Of a DNA stretch of 58,865 nt, positions 9,632 through 18,893 are shown piece by piece (position 1 is the stretch's first letter; every line of letters starts with the position of its first letter). The stretch lies in the NCBI GenBank assembly GCA_038046465.1, contig JBBSWB010000041.1:1-58865 (forward strand), written 5' to 3'. The position numbers and the translations under genes were made by a program. The notes beneath the pieces are model-generated. The model saw only the letters and a program-made list of their open reading frames with translations, was not told the DNA's origin and did no database searches. This DNA comes from Nanobdellota archaeon (GTDB taxonomy: Archaea > Nanobdellota > Nanobdellia > Woesearchaeales > GW2011-AR9).

Positions 9632-9907
9632 CTAATGTTTTGGAGAACCATAATATCTTTTTTTAACTTTATTGTATGGAAGATTGATGTATATTTTTGA
9701 ATCTTTCTCATAAATGGCTTTGCAAGCTTCGGCAAGTCTAAGCCAATCATAAATCTGGTCCCGGCTTAAATCTCCAAACTGACGCGATAGGCGATTAACA
9801 AAAAAAGTTTTCTCTAATCCCCCACTCTTATCATAATTCTCGTGCATCCAACCATGTGCTGTAACAATGGTGCCAATATTTAGGTGTGCCATTATAGATT
9901 TACACAA
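9632..9907 (-). CDS. Hypothetical protein (91 aa)
   Basis: Intact ORF with no motif. The start could instead be the internal Met of MAHLNIG. Confidence 0.4.
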   Translation of the reverse strand: MCKSIMAHLNIGTIVTAHGWMHENYDKSGGLEKTFFVNRLSRQFGDLSRDQIYDWLRLAEACKAIYEKDSKIYINLPYNKVKKRYYGSPKH

Positions 9908-9941
9908 CTAATTTCTTTTTAAAGATTTCTGTCCTAAAAGA

Positions 9942-10082
9942 TGGACTTGGCGGGACTTTCGTGCAGCAAAATCTTTTTTGCTTGGTGGGCTTCAGCCCGC
10001 CGTACTTGCCTAGATTGCTGGCATTCGAACCCGCAGCCTTTCACATGCGAAGCGAACGCGATAGCCGTTTCGCCACAAGCCC
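9942..10082 (-). tRNA. tRNA-Ala (anticodon CGC) with a 68-nt intron in the T-loop (intron 9956..10023, position 59/60)
   Basis: Manual fold of the minus strand: GGGCTTG TG GCGA AACGGCTA TCGC G TTCGC TTCGCAT GTGAA AGGCT GCGGG TTCGAA [68 nt] T CCCGC CAAGTCC A. G3:U70 is present, and a helix-bulge-helix-bulge-helix motif sits at the junction. Confidence 0.85.
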
Positions 10083-10144
10083 AACAGAAGCTAAGAAGTA
10101 ATAAACAATATTTAAAGATAGTTGTGTTATAAGAATAATAAAAC

Positions 10145-10459
10145 CTAAATCTCAACCATCTCAATCTCAATATTCAATCCTTCGGGGATAGGAACTCTCA
10201 TCACTAATCTTAAAGTTCGTTCATCAGCAGAAAGATCAATTAAGCGCTTATGTACCCGCATTTCATATCTCTCCCAGGTAGCTTTACCTTCTCCACAAGG
10301 GGATTTACGAGTAGTAACTTTTAATTTTTTAGTAGGCAAAGGAATAGGTCCATGAAGTTTTACACCAGTCTTATCGGCAATATCTTTAATATCAGAACAA
10401 ATTTTATTGATCTTATCAATTTCCGTACTGGCTAATTTTATTCTTGCTCTTTGCGTCAT
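10145..10459 (-). CDS. rps10: 30S ribosomal protein S10
   Basis: Typical S10 sequence (RIKL.S.....L......I.....G....GPIPLPTK), downstream of EF-1alpha as in other archaea. Confidence 0.95.
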   Translation of the reverse strand: MTQRARIKLASTEIDKINKICSDIKDIADKTGVKLHGPIPLPTKKLKVTTRKSPCGEGKATWERYEMRVHKRLIDLSADERTLRLVMRVPIPEGLNIEIEMVEI

Positions 10460-10540
10460 GATAACCTATGTATACACAGTAATTCTTTTTGGTTACTGTG
10501 CGTTTATTTTTTTAAATATTAAATAAAAAAAATGTAAAAA

Positions 10541-11833
10541 TTACATTTCTTTTTTAACTATTTCCATACACATGCCTGCAGCAACGGTAACTCCTGAGTC
10601 CCTAATTGCAAACCTAGACATCTGAGGAATTTTACTGTTCGGTTCGATAACAACTGGCTGCATTGGTTTTAATCTAATAACTGCAGCTTCGCCGTTTCTT
10701 AAGATGTCTTTGTTTTCTTTGATTTCCTCACCAGTTGCTGGATTGATCTTTTTAAGGATCTCAACAAACTGACAGGCAACCTGAGCAGTGTGGATGTGGA
10801 ATACTGGCGTATAACCCACCGTAACAACACTAGGGTGCTGCATAATTACAACTTGAGCGGTAAATTCAGTAGCAACTGTTGGAACGTTATCAGAGTGTCC
10901 AAGAACGTCTCCTCTGGCAATGTCTTTCTTACCGATTCCTCGTACGTTGAATCCAACGTTATCACCAGGTTCAGCAGAATTCATAGCTTCGTGGTGCATC
11001 TCAATAGTCTTAACTTCACCACTAATACCTTTTCCTTCTCTTCCTGGAACAACGGTAACTTTGTCGCCAACTTTCATTATCCCGGTTTCGATTCTTCCAA
11101 CTGGAACTACTCCGATACCGGTGATGTTATAAACATCCTGAATAGGCAATCTTAAAGGTAAGTTAGTTGGTTTCTGTGGAGCATCAAATTTATTGATTGC
11201 TTCTAATAAACAATCTCCAGTCCACCAAGGCATATGTGCTGGTTTCTTAAGAATATTTTCACCAGGTAAGGAAGCCAAAGGAATAAATCTAACTTTGTCA
11301 ACTTTCCATCCTGCTTGAGTGGCGTGTTTCTTAACTTCTTCAACAACTTCTTTGTATCGTGCTTCAGAATAAGCAACACCAGAAATGTCCATTTTGTTAA
11401 CAGCAACAACTAATTGTCCTACTCCAAAGATTTTACTTAAGCGTAAGTGTTCAATAGTTTGAGCGTTAACGCCGTCGTTAGCAGCTACTACTAGAACTGC
11501 GCAATCAGCCTGAGATGCACCAGTAATCATGTTCTTAATGAAATCTCGGTGCCCAGGAGCGTCGATGATAGTGAAGTAATATTTGTCGGTGTGGAATTCT
11601 TTGTGAGCTAGGTCGATGGTAACCCCTCTTTCCTGCTCTTCTTTTAAATTATCCATGACGAAAGCGAATTCGAAACCAGCTTTACCAAGTTGCTGTGCTC
11701 GTTCTTTCAATTTTCGCATAGCTTGTTCGTCGATATTACCTGAATCGTACAATAATCTACCTACAGTCGTAGATTTACCATGATCTACGTGACCGATGAA
11801 TACTAAGTTGATATGTTCTTTTGCTTTTGCCAT
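10541..11833 (-). CDS. tuf: Translation elongation factor 1-alpha
   Basis: [17 protein letters not shown] and NKMD GTPase motifs; 430 aa. Confidence 0.98.
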   Translation of the reverse strand: MAKAKEHINLVFIGHVDHGKSTTVGRLLYDSGNIDEQAMRKLKERAQQLGKAGFEFAFVMDNLKEEQERGVTIDLAHKEFHTDKYYFTIIDAPGHRDFIKNMITGASQADCAVLVVAANDGVNAQTIEHLRLSKIFGVGQLVVAVNKMDISGVAYSEARYKEVVEEVKKHATQAGWKVDKVRFIPLASLPGENILKKPAHMPWWTGDCLLEAINKFDAPQKPTNLPLRLPIQDVYNITGIGVVPVGRIETGIMKVGDKVTVVPGREGKGISGEVKTIEMHHEAMNSAEPGDNVGFNVRGIGKKDIARGDVLGHSDNVPTVATEFTAQVVIMQHPSVVTVGYTPVFHIHTAQVACQFVEILKKINPATGEEIKENKDILRNGEAAVIRLKPMQPVVIEPNSKIPQMSRFAIRDSGVTVAAGMCMEIVKKEM

Positions 11834-11968
11834 TATTTATTTCCTCCGTTTTTCTCCAATAATTAGGATTATAAATTTACTTTTCTTTTGTTTTATATTT
11901 ATTTATAAAGCTTTCGGTGATAAATTAGTTAAAATAAAAAATAAAAATAAGAAATTAAAACAAATTGC

Positions 11969-14164
11969 CTAAGCACCTAATTCTCCAGACGACAATCCTT
12001 TCCTTTGGACAATCTGAGTTCGCACTCTTTCTTGTAATTCCGCCGGCAGTTTCTCAAACATCTGGTCGACCAGAGTGGAATTACCTCGTCCTTCAGTCGC
12101 TGAACGCAAGTCGCTGCTCCATCCAATCAATTCGGCAACGGGAAGTTTGGCTTTGACAATTACCTGATCTTCTTCCTGATTCATGTCTAGTAATTGACCT
12201 CGCTTAGAAGAAACAATTTTAGAAATTTCTCCAGTGTATTCAGTAGGCGCTTCTATTCGCATGATCTGCAAGGGCTCAAACATTACTGGTCCAGCCTGCA
12301 TCATTGCTCCTCGAATACCTTCACGAACTGCTGGATACATTTGTGCCGGTCCTCGGTGAATAGCATCTTCGTGTAAGTTACAGTCCATTAAGCTAACTTT
12401 TACACCCATACAAGGTTCTTTAGCTAATGGTCCTGCTTTCATTACATCTTCAAACATGTCTAACACTAGCTCGATGATTTCATTAATGTAAACTATACCT
12501 CGAGTTTGGTCCATAAACATATTGCCGTTGCAAGTAGCTTTAACCATCCCAGCAGTTTTAGTATCCCAGCCGCATTCTTCCCGAAGGAAAGTGATGGTCT
12601 GTTCGTCTCTTTTCCGTAATCTTCCATTGGTAACTTTTCCTTCTTTAATTCCTTGGGCAATTACTGGATCTAAAGGCTCGACGACAAAGTAAAGTTTGTT
12701 GTGCTTGTTAGGAGATTTACCTTCTACTTCTGGGCTTTTCTTAGTAACCGTTTCACGGTATACTACAATTGGCGGAGAAGTTTTAACTTCTACATTTTTT
12801 TCAGTAGTGATCCTGTTTTCAATAATCTCTAAATGCAATTCTCCCATTCCGCTGATTAAGTTTTGTCCGGTTTCTTCATTGATTTCAATTTTGATGGAAG
12901 GATCTTCCCGACCAACTTTTCGCAGAACTTCAATTAACTTAGGCAAATCGGCAGATTTCTTAGCTTCGATAGCTTTAGTAATTACTGGTTCAAAGATATG
13001 TTTTATCTCTTCAAAGGGATGCTCGGGTACAACCGTTACGGTTTCTCCTGCAAATCCCAATACGCCAGAGATAGCTAAAACGTTTCCTGCCGGCAAAGAT
13101 TCGATGATTTCCGGTTTAACTCCGTTATAAATGTAAACGTTTTGAATCCGCTGCTTTTGCTTAGCGTTATTAAGATAGACTTCCATTCCGCTTTTAATTG
13201 TTCCACTAAACAACCGTCCGGCAGAAATGTCTTTTCCTGACCGAGGATCAACTACAATCCTAGTAATAATAAAAGCGATTTGCCCATCAGGGTTACAATT
13301 AACTAAATCTTTTCCCATCTCTGATTCTGGATCGCCACGCCAAATCTTAGGAATTCGATATTTTTGTGCGCTAATCGGATCAGGATGGTGTTTAATAACC
13401 ATGTCTAAGATAACTTCGTGTAAAGGTGCATTATCCCAAACCCAGTTTTTTCGTTCTTCTCCTTCCAGTTCATAAATTTTTAAGATATCAGAGAATTTAA
13501 CATTTTTTTTCTGCATGTACGGAAAGGACAAGGCCCAGTTTTCTCGTGCACTACCAAAAGCAACGCTTCCTTCCTGAACTTTAACTTTCCATAAGTCTTT
13601 ATATTCAGGTTCAGCAATACGTTCAATTAAATTATTAAATTGGCTAACTAAAGTCATAACTCGTTCTGCAATTTTATCCGGAGAAAGTTTTAATTCTTTT
13701 ACCAATCGGTCTACTTTATTAATAAACAGCACCGGTTTAACTCTTTCTCTAAGAGCCTGTCTAACTACAGTTTCCGTCTGCGGCATGATTCCTTCAACTG
13801 CACAGATTAAAACTACTGTACCATCAACTGCTCGCATAGCCCGAGTTACGTTTCCGCCAAAGTCAACGTGACCAGGAGTATCAATAAGATTAATTAAAAA
13901 TTCTTTTTCATCATAATTGTGAACCATGGAAACATTTGCTGCATCAACGGTCATTAAACGTTCCTGCTCGTCTTTGTGCAGCCAAGTAGCCATACCTCCT
14001 TCTAACTGCCCGGCAAATTTTTCTGCCATCATTCCTGCTGCAGCCAGTAAGTTATCAGTAAACGCGGTTTTACCGTGGTGAATGTGTGCACTGGTACAAA
14101 TATTTCTGATTTGCCTAGGGTTCTGCGTAATCCGCATAACCTTATCGACCATTTTTTCTGCCAT
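11969..14164 (-). CDS. fusA: Translation elongation factor 2
   Basis: AHIHHGKT, DTPGHVDF and NKVD motifs; 731 aa. The diphthamide-region sequence HEDAIHRG is present. Confidence 0.98.
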   Translation of the reverse strand: MAEKMVDKVMRITQNPRQIRNICTSAHIHHGKTAFTDNLLAAAGMMAEKFAGQLEGGMATWLHKDEQERLMTVDAANVSMVHNYDEKEFLINLIDTPGHVDFGGNVTRAMRAVDGTVVLICAVEGIMPQTETVVRQALRERVKPVLFINKVDRLVKELKLSPDKIAERVMTLVSQFNNLIERIAEPEYKDLWKVKVQEGSVAFGSARENWALSFPYMQKKNVKFSDILKIYELEGEERKNWVWDNAPLHEVILDMVIKHHPDPISAQKYRIPKIWRGDPESEMGKDLVNCNPDGQIAFIITRIVVDPRSGKDISAGRLFSGTIKSGMEVYLNNAKQKQRIQNVYIYNGVKPEIIESLPAGNVLAISGVLGFAGETVTVVPEHPFEEIKHIFEPVITKAIEAKKSADLPKLIEVLRKVGREDPSIKIEINEETGQNLISGMGELHLEIIENRITTEKNVEVKTSPPIVVYRETVTKKSPEVEGKSPNKHNKLYFVVEPLDPVIAQGIKEGKVTNGRLRKRDEQTITFLREECGWDTKTAGMVKATCNGNMFMDQTRGIVYINEIIELVLDMFEDVMKAGPLAKEPCMGVKVSLMDCNLHEDAIHRGPAQMYPAVREGIRGAMMQAGPVMFEPLQIMRIEAPTEYTGEISKIVSSKRGQLLDMNQEEDQVIVKAKLPVAELIGWSSDLRSATEGRGNSTLVDQMFEKLPAELQERVRTQIVQRKGLSSGELGA

Positions 14165-14278
14165 TGTAAGTTACCTCATTGAAAGATTTGTTAACTTTTT
14201 ATTTTTAAATATTTTATTTTAAATGTTTTATAATCATGTAACTTTATATTTTTCCTATTTATAATTTCATATTAAGTC

Positions 14279-14767
14279 TTAAAACGCATGCGCTTCATGC
14301 ACGGTCTTATAGCTATGTAATTCTTTGGAATTAAACCATAATTTAATCTCTACTTCTGCTTCGGCAACATTACCAGAAGCATGAACTAAATTTTCAATTG
14401 CTTTATTTTGCTCGTCAGTGTATTTAAAAGAATGATGTGCAAAATCCCCGCGGATAGTTCCGGGTAAAGCAGATTTTGGTTCAGTGCCGCCAACAATCTT
14501 TCTTACATTTTCAACGGCATTAATTCCTTCAATACATAAAGCCAGTATTGGTCCAGTAGTCATGAATTTCAGCAAAACTTTCAGCACTTTTTCTCCTCGG
14601 CGCTGGGCAACATCGGCGTAATGTTTTTTTCCAAAATCTTCGTCTATCCAGACCATTTTAGCGCCAATAATTTTTAATCCCGCATCTTCAAAACGGGAAA
14701 TTATCCGCCCCATCAGTCCGCGCTTTACTGCATCAGGTTTTAACAACACCAAAGTTTGTTCTTTCAT
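14279..14767 (-). CDS. ndk: Nucleoside diphosphate kinase
   Basis: TLVLLKPDAV, GTIRGDF and NLVHASG (active-site His) motifs. Confidence 0.93.
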   Translation of the reverse strand: MKEQTLVLLKPDAVKRGLMGRIISRFEDAGLKIIGAKMVWIDEDFGKKHYADVAQRRGEKVLKVLLKFMTTGPILALCIEGINAVENVRKIVGGTEPKSALPGTIRGDFAHHSFKYTDEQNKAIENLVHASGNVAEAEVEIKLWFNSKELHSYKTVHEAHAF

Positions 14768-14772
14768 GATTC

Positions 14773-14958
14773 TCAGCTCTTCCCTCTTTCTTTCCGGGAT
14801 GCTTCAGTCCAGCGTACCCGCAAAGGCTTTCGGTTTAGTTTCAAACAATTTTTTTCGCATTTAGTTGAACAAAAGTAGGAAATTTTTCCGCTGACATAAA
14901 CATACATTTTTCCAGTTCCTTTTTCAATCTGTACTCCACAAAATGTGCATTTAGACAT
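14773..14958 (-). CDS. rpl24e: 50S ribosomal protein L24e
   Basis: C.FCG......G......G....FCS.KC zinc motif; 61 aa. Confidence 0.92.
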   Translation of the reverse strand: MSKCTFCGVQIEKGTGKMYVYVSGKISYFCSTKCEKNCLKLNRKPLRVRWTEASRKERGKS

Positions 14959-14963
14959 TTTTC

Positions 14964-15257
14964 CTACCTCCTGCCGCCGCGTCGGGCACCGCCTAGACGC
15001 TGAGCTTCAATTTCTGTTTCCAAGAGCATTAAAATATCACCAGTACGAACTGGGCCTTTAACATTTCTTCGAATGGCTTTGTTCTTATCCCGTCCGTCTA
15101 AAATCTGGCACATCACTTGGGTCAATTCACCACGCGTGCCGGTTCTGCCGACGATTTCTTTAACTTCTGCGGGAATGCCGGGAGAAAATCTAATTTCGCC
15201 TTCAACTTTTACTTCCTCGACTTTCTCGGTTTCTTTTGAAATTATCTTTTTTGCCAT
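14964..15257 (-). CDS. rps28e: 30S ribosomal protein S28e (with N-terminal extension)
   Basis: [49 protein letters not shown] is the S28e core. Confidence 0.9.
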   Translation of the reverse strand: MAKKIISKETEKVEEVKVEGEIRFSPGIPAEVKEIVGRTGTRGELTQVMCQILDGRDKNKAIRRNVKGPVRTGDILMLLETEIEAQRLGGARRGGRR

Positions 15258-15267
15258 GAAAATTCAC

Positions 15268-15591
15268 CTATTTAGATAATTTTGCTAATTGTTCAATTGC
15301 AGATTTGGCTTCGCCTTCTTTAACGACAGCAACTGCAGCCGTAGAAACAGCTAACCCAGCAGCTGCGCCAAGATCATCTTTTTTAGAAACGCCAAAACAA
15401 GGAATATTTTTTTCTTTGCACAATAAAGGCAAATGCATAATAATTTCCTTAGGACTGACATCTTCGGCATACACAACCAATTTTGCTGTTCCTTTCTCAA
15501 TAGCTTTAGTTGTTTCATTCGCGCCTTTGCTTATTTTTCCAGTAGTTCTAGCTACTTCCACTGCTTCCAATACTTTTGCTTCATCAGACAT
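15268..15591 (-). CDS. rpl7ae: 50S ribosomal protein L7Ae (K-turn binding protein)
   Basis: GANETTKAIEKG.AKLV..AEDV.P.EI..HLP.LC.EK.IP is typical of L7Ae. Confidence 0.95.
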   Translation of the reverse strand: MSDEAKVLEAVEVARTTGKISKGANETTKAIEKGTAKLVVYAEDVSPKEIIMHLPLLCKEKNIPCFGVSKKDDLGAAAGLAVSTAAVAVVKEGEAKSAIEQLAKLSK

Positions 15592-15641
15592 TTTATTTAC
15601 CCTCCGTAAATCATAAACATTTTGGTAACAAATAAAGAATT

Positions 15642-15674
15642 GCTACCTCGTTGGATACCAACTCATTGGTAATG
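15642..15674 (-). promoter_or_regulatory. K-turn hairpin in the rpl7ae 5' leader (candidate L7Ae autoregulatory site)
   Basis: Minus strand reads CATTACC AAT GA G TTGG TAT CCAA C GA GGTAGC. This gives a C-stem TTACC/GGTAG, a 3-nt bulge AAT, tandem GA/GA, then the stem TTGG/CCAA. TTTATAAA at 15695-15702 puts the predicted transcription start at the hairpin. Confidence 0.6.
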
Positions 15675-15836
15675 TTCATTAAAAAAGGGGCTTGTTTATA
15701 AAGATTTCTGGAAGAAACTTCAAAAACAAAATATTTTTGTATGATTTCTACTCGTTTCGCTTTATTTTATTCTTAGATTAACCTTTGAGCCATAATTCAC
15801 AACTTACTTAAATTGGTTTTTAATTCTAAAGGGGGC

Positions 15837-17588
15837 ATGTGTGGAATTATTGGGTATATCGGTGAAAAAGAGGCAAATAATATTCTACTTGCCGGCTTAG
15901 AAAGATTAGAATATCGAGGATATGACTCGGCCGGAATGGCTATAATCAGTGAAAATAAAATCAGTATTAATAAAGTTCAGGGAAGAGTTGAAAATTTAAA
16001 AAAAACTTTTTTGCTGGGAAACACCGGTATAGCCCATACTCGCTGGGCCACACATGGAAAACCATCTGAAAGTAATGCTCACCCTTTTACCGATCAGAAT
16101 AATTCTTTTTCAGTTGTCCATAACGGCATTATTGAAAATTACTTAGAATTAAAAGAAGAATTGCGAGGCGCAGGTATAACTTTTTCTTCCGAAACAGATT
16201 CAGAAGTTATCGTCCATTTAATTGCTCAGAATTATGCTGGAAGTCTTAAAGACGCAGTATTAAAAACGGTAAAAAAGCTGCAAGGAGCCTATGCTTTTTG
16301 CGCCATCAAGAATGATGCTCAGGAAATTATTGGAGCTAGAAACGGCAGCCCCTTGGTTATCGGTCTGGGAAATCGGGAAAATTTTCTCGCTTCCGACGTA
16401 TCTGCGTTGATAGAACATACTAAAAAAGTTATCTACTTGAATGATTTTCAGATTGCTGAAATCAAGAAAGACGATTTTAAAATATATGATTTTAATGACG
16501 ATCTACAGAACTACCACGTCAAAGAAATCAATTGGAATTTAGAAAAAGCACAAAAACAAGGGCATAAGCATTTCATGCTCAAGGAAATATTTGAACAGCC
16601 GGAAATCGTCGAAGAATCGTTAAAAGTTCCGATTAATATCCAACCAATAATTCAAAAAGATTTTTCTAAGATTTCCCGAATCATATTTGTCGCCTGCGGT
16701 ACTGCTAGCTATGCCGGATTAGTTGGAAAATATTTGATTGAAACTGTAGCCAAAATCCCAGTGATTAATGAAATTGCTTCTGAGTTTAGATATAAAGAAC
16801 CATTGATTTCTGAGAACGATTTGGTCATCGCCATTTCTCAAAGCGGGGAAACTGCGGACACCTTGGCAGCGATACGTTTAGCTAAGGAAAAAAAAGCTAA
16901 AACCTTAGGAATAATTAATGTCGTCGACAGCACCCTCGCCCGGGAAGTTGATGAAGTTATTTACAGCCGTGCCGGCCCCGAGATTGGTGTGGCTTCCACT
17001 AAAGCATTTATTTCTCAATTAATTATTATCTATAAATTGGCGTTTAAGCTGATAGGTAAAGAATTTCCCTCTGACAATATTGCTCAAAAAATTAAAGAAG
17101 TTCTGGCTTTAAATGAACCCATCAGACAATTAGCAGAAAAATATTATTTATATCAAAATATTCTATATATCGGCAGAAATATCAATTTTCCTCTAGCTTT
17201 AGAAGGAGCGTTAAAATTAAAAGAGATTTCTTACATTCATGCCGAAGCTTATCCGGCAGGAGAACTTAAACACGGCCCGATTGCTTTAGTTTCGGAAGAC
17301 ATGCCGACGGTAGCCATTTGTCCTAACGATCACGTTTATGCTAAAACTATCAGCAATATTGAAGAGATTAAAGCCCGCAGCGGCAAAGTGATTGCAATTG
17401 CCACCGAAGGCGATGAAAAAATAAAAATGATCAGCGACGATGTGATTTACATTCCCAAAGTAGATGAATTATTGTATCCTTTAATAATCGCTATTCCTTT
17501 GCAGTTATTTGCTTATCATGTTGCCGATCTGAAAGAATGTGATATTGATAAGCCTAGGAATCTGGCGAAGAGTGTGACGGTAGAATGA
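15837..17588 (+). CDS. glmS: Glutamine--fructose-6-phosphate aminotransferase
   Basis: MCGIIGY N-terminal nucleophile plus two SIS domains. The start is placed at the ATG at 15837 (Cys2), preceded by AAAGGGGG; the ORF track opens at 15813. Confidence 0.95.
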   Translation: MCGIIGYIGEKEANNILLAGLERLEYRGYDSAGMAIISENKISINKVQGRVENLKKTFLLGNTGIAHTRWATHGKPSESNAHPFTDQNNSFSVVHNGIIENYLELKEELRGAGITFSSETDSEVIVHLIAQNYAGSLKDAVLKTVKKLQGAYAFCAIKNDAQEIIGARNGSPLVIGLGNRENFLASDVSALIEHTKKVIYLNDFQIAEIKKDDFKIYDFNDDLQNYHVKEINWNLEKAQKQGHKHFMLKEIFEQPEIVEESLKVPINIQPIIQKDFSKISRIIFVACGTASYAGLVGKYLIETVAKIPVINEIASEFRYKEPLISENDLVIAISQSGETADTLAAIRLAKEKKAKTLGIINVVDSTLAREVDEVIYSRAGPEIGVASTKAFISQLIIIYKLAFKLIGKEFPSDNIAQKIKEVLALNEPIRQLAEKYYLYQNILYIGRNINFPLALEGALKLKEISYIHAEAYPAGELKHGPIALVSEDMPTVAICPNDHVYAKTISNIEEIKARSGKVIAIATEGDEKIKMISDDVIYIPKVDELLYPLIIAIPLQLFAYHVADLKECDIDKPRNLAKSVTVE

Positions 17589-18811
17589 AATACGCTCATT
17601 TAGCAGACCTGCATCTTGGCTCCTGGCGTGATCAAAAAATGCGCGACTTGTCCGTCAATGCTTTTCTCAGTGCGATCGACCAGTGCATAGAAAAAAAAGT
17701 AGATTTTATCCTCTTTGCTGGAGATCTGTTTAACACTTCTCTGCCGTCTTTAGACACGCTTAAAATAGTTACCAAAAAATTGAAAGAATTAAAAGACCAA
17801 AATATTCCTTTGTATGCGATTGCGGGTTCCCATGATTTCTCACCGAGTGGAAAAACTATGCTAGATGTGTTAGAAAATGCCGGCCTGCTAAAAAATGTCT
17901 GTAAAGGCAGAATCGATCCGGAGACTAAAGAGCTGCTGCTCAATTTTACTATCGACCACAACACAGGAGCAAAAATTACCGGTATGTTGGGAAGAAAAGG
18001 GCTGCTCGATAAAAAGTATTATCAAAATCTTTCTCAGGGATCCCTGGAAGCAGAATCGGGCTATAAGATTTTTATGTTCCATACTACTTTAAGCGAATTA
18101 AAACCCAAACATTTGGAAATGCTTGATTCCCAACCCGCGTCTTTTCTGCCCAAACACTTTAATTATTATGCCGGAGGACATATTCACCACCCCACTAAAA
18201 TCGAACTTCCTGAATATGGAACTTTAACTTATCCAGGAGCTTTATTTCCAAATAATTTTGCGGAGGTAGAAAAATACAGTATTGGAGGTTATTACTTGAT
18301 CACCGCAGAAAATAATCAGCAAGTTATCGAATGGGTTCCGTTAGAAATAATCAAACACCATCATCTCTCCCTCGACAGCAAACATCAATCTCCAGAAGCT
18401 CTTTTTTCTCAAATTCAAGACCAGTTCAGCAATAAAAATTTAACTGGTGTATTGGTTACTATCCGCCTTTCCGGCACCTTGGAACAGGGCAGAGTTTCGG
18501 ATATCGACTTTAAACAAATATTTACTGACTTGTATGCCCAAGGAGCTTATTTTGTAATGAAAAATACAGCAAAATTAGATTCAAAAGAATTTGAGAACAT
18601 CAAAATTACCACAACAAATCCAGAAACTGCCGAAGAAGAGATCATTAAAGAACATCTGCAGCAAATAAAACTGTTCAACCCAGAAACGGAACTGCAATTA
18701 ACCCAATCCTTGCTGAAAGCTTTGAATACGGTAAAGAAAGAAGGCGAAACGGTTACTGATTTTCAAAACAGAGTAGAAAGCGAAGTAGATAAATTGTTGA
18801 ATTTAAATTAA
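17585..18811 (+). CDS. mre11: Mre11/SbcD-family DNA repair exonuclease
   Basis: Calcineurin-like phosphoesterase motifs ADLHLG, GDLFN, GSHD and GGHIHH. It overlaps the glmS stop by 4 nt (ATGA). Confidence 0.8.
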   Translation: MKYAHLADLHLGSWRDQKMRDLSVNAFLSAIDQCIEKKVDFILFAGDLFNTSLPSLDTLKIVTKKLKELKDQNIPLYAIAGSHDFSPSGKTMLDVLENAGLLKNVCKGRIDPETKELLLNFTIDHNTGAKITGMLGRKGLLDKKYYQNLSQGSLEAESGYKIFMFHTTLSELKPKHLEMLDSQPASFLPKHFNYYAGGHIHHPTKIELPEYGTLTYPGALFPNNFAEVEKYSIGGYYLITAENNQQVIEWVPLEIIKHHHLSLDSKHQSPEALFSQIQDQFSNKNLTGVLVTIRLSGTLEQGRVSDIDFKQIFTDLYAQGAYFVMKNTAKLDSKEFENIKITTTNPETAEEEIIKEHLQQIKLFNPETELQLTQSLLKALNTVKKEGETVTDFQNRVESEVDKLLNLN

Positions 18812-18893
18812 AAATTAAAAAACAATTCTAAAAAATTAATTTAAACAAAATAAGAATAATAGAATAAAAAAGAAAAAAATAAAATAAAAATAT

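Noticed and set aside
9934-10170. 78-aa (minus) and 63-aa (plus, 9941..10132) ORFs
   Set aside because: They cover the intron-containing tRNA-Ala and run into rps10. The GC-rich RNA gene explains the open frames.
10790-13475. Several 60-144 aa ORFs antisense to EF-1alpha and EF-2 (for example 10790..11155, 12696..13130, 13227..13475)
   Set aside because: They are shadow ORFs inside highly conserved genes.
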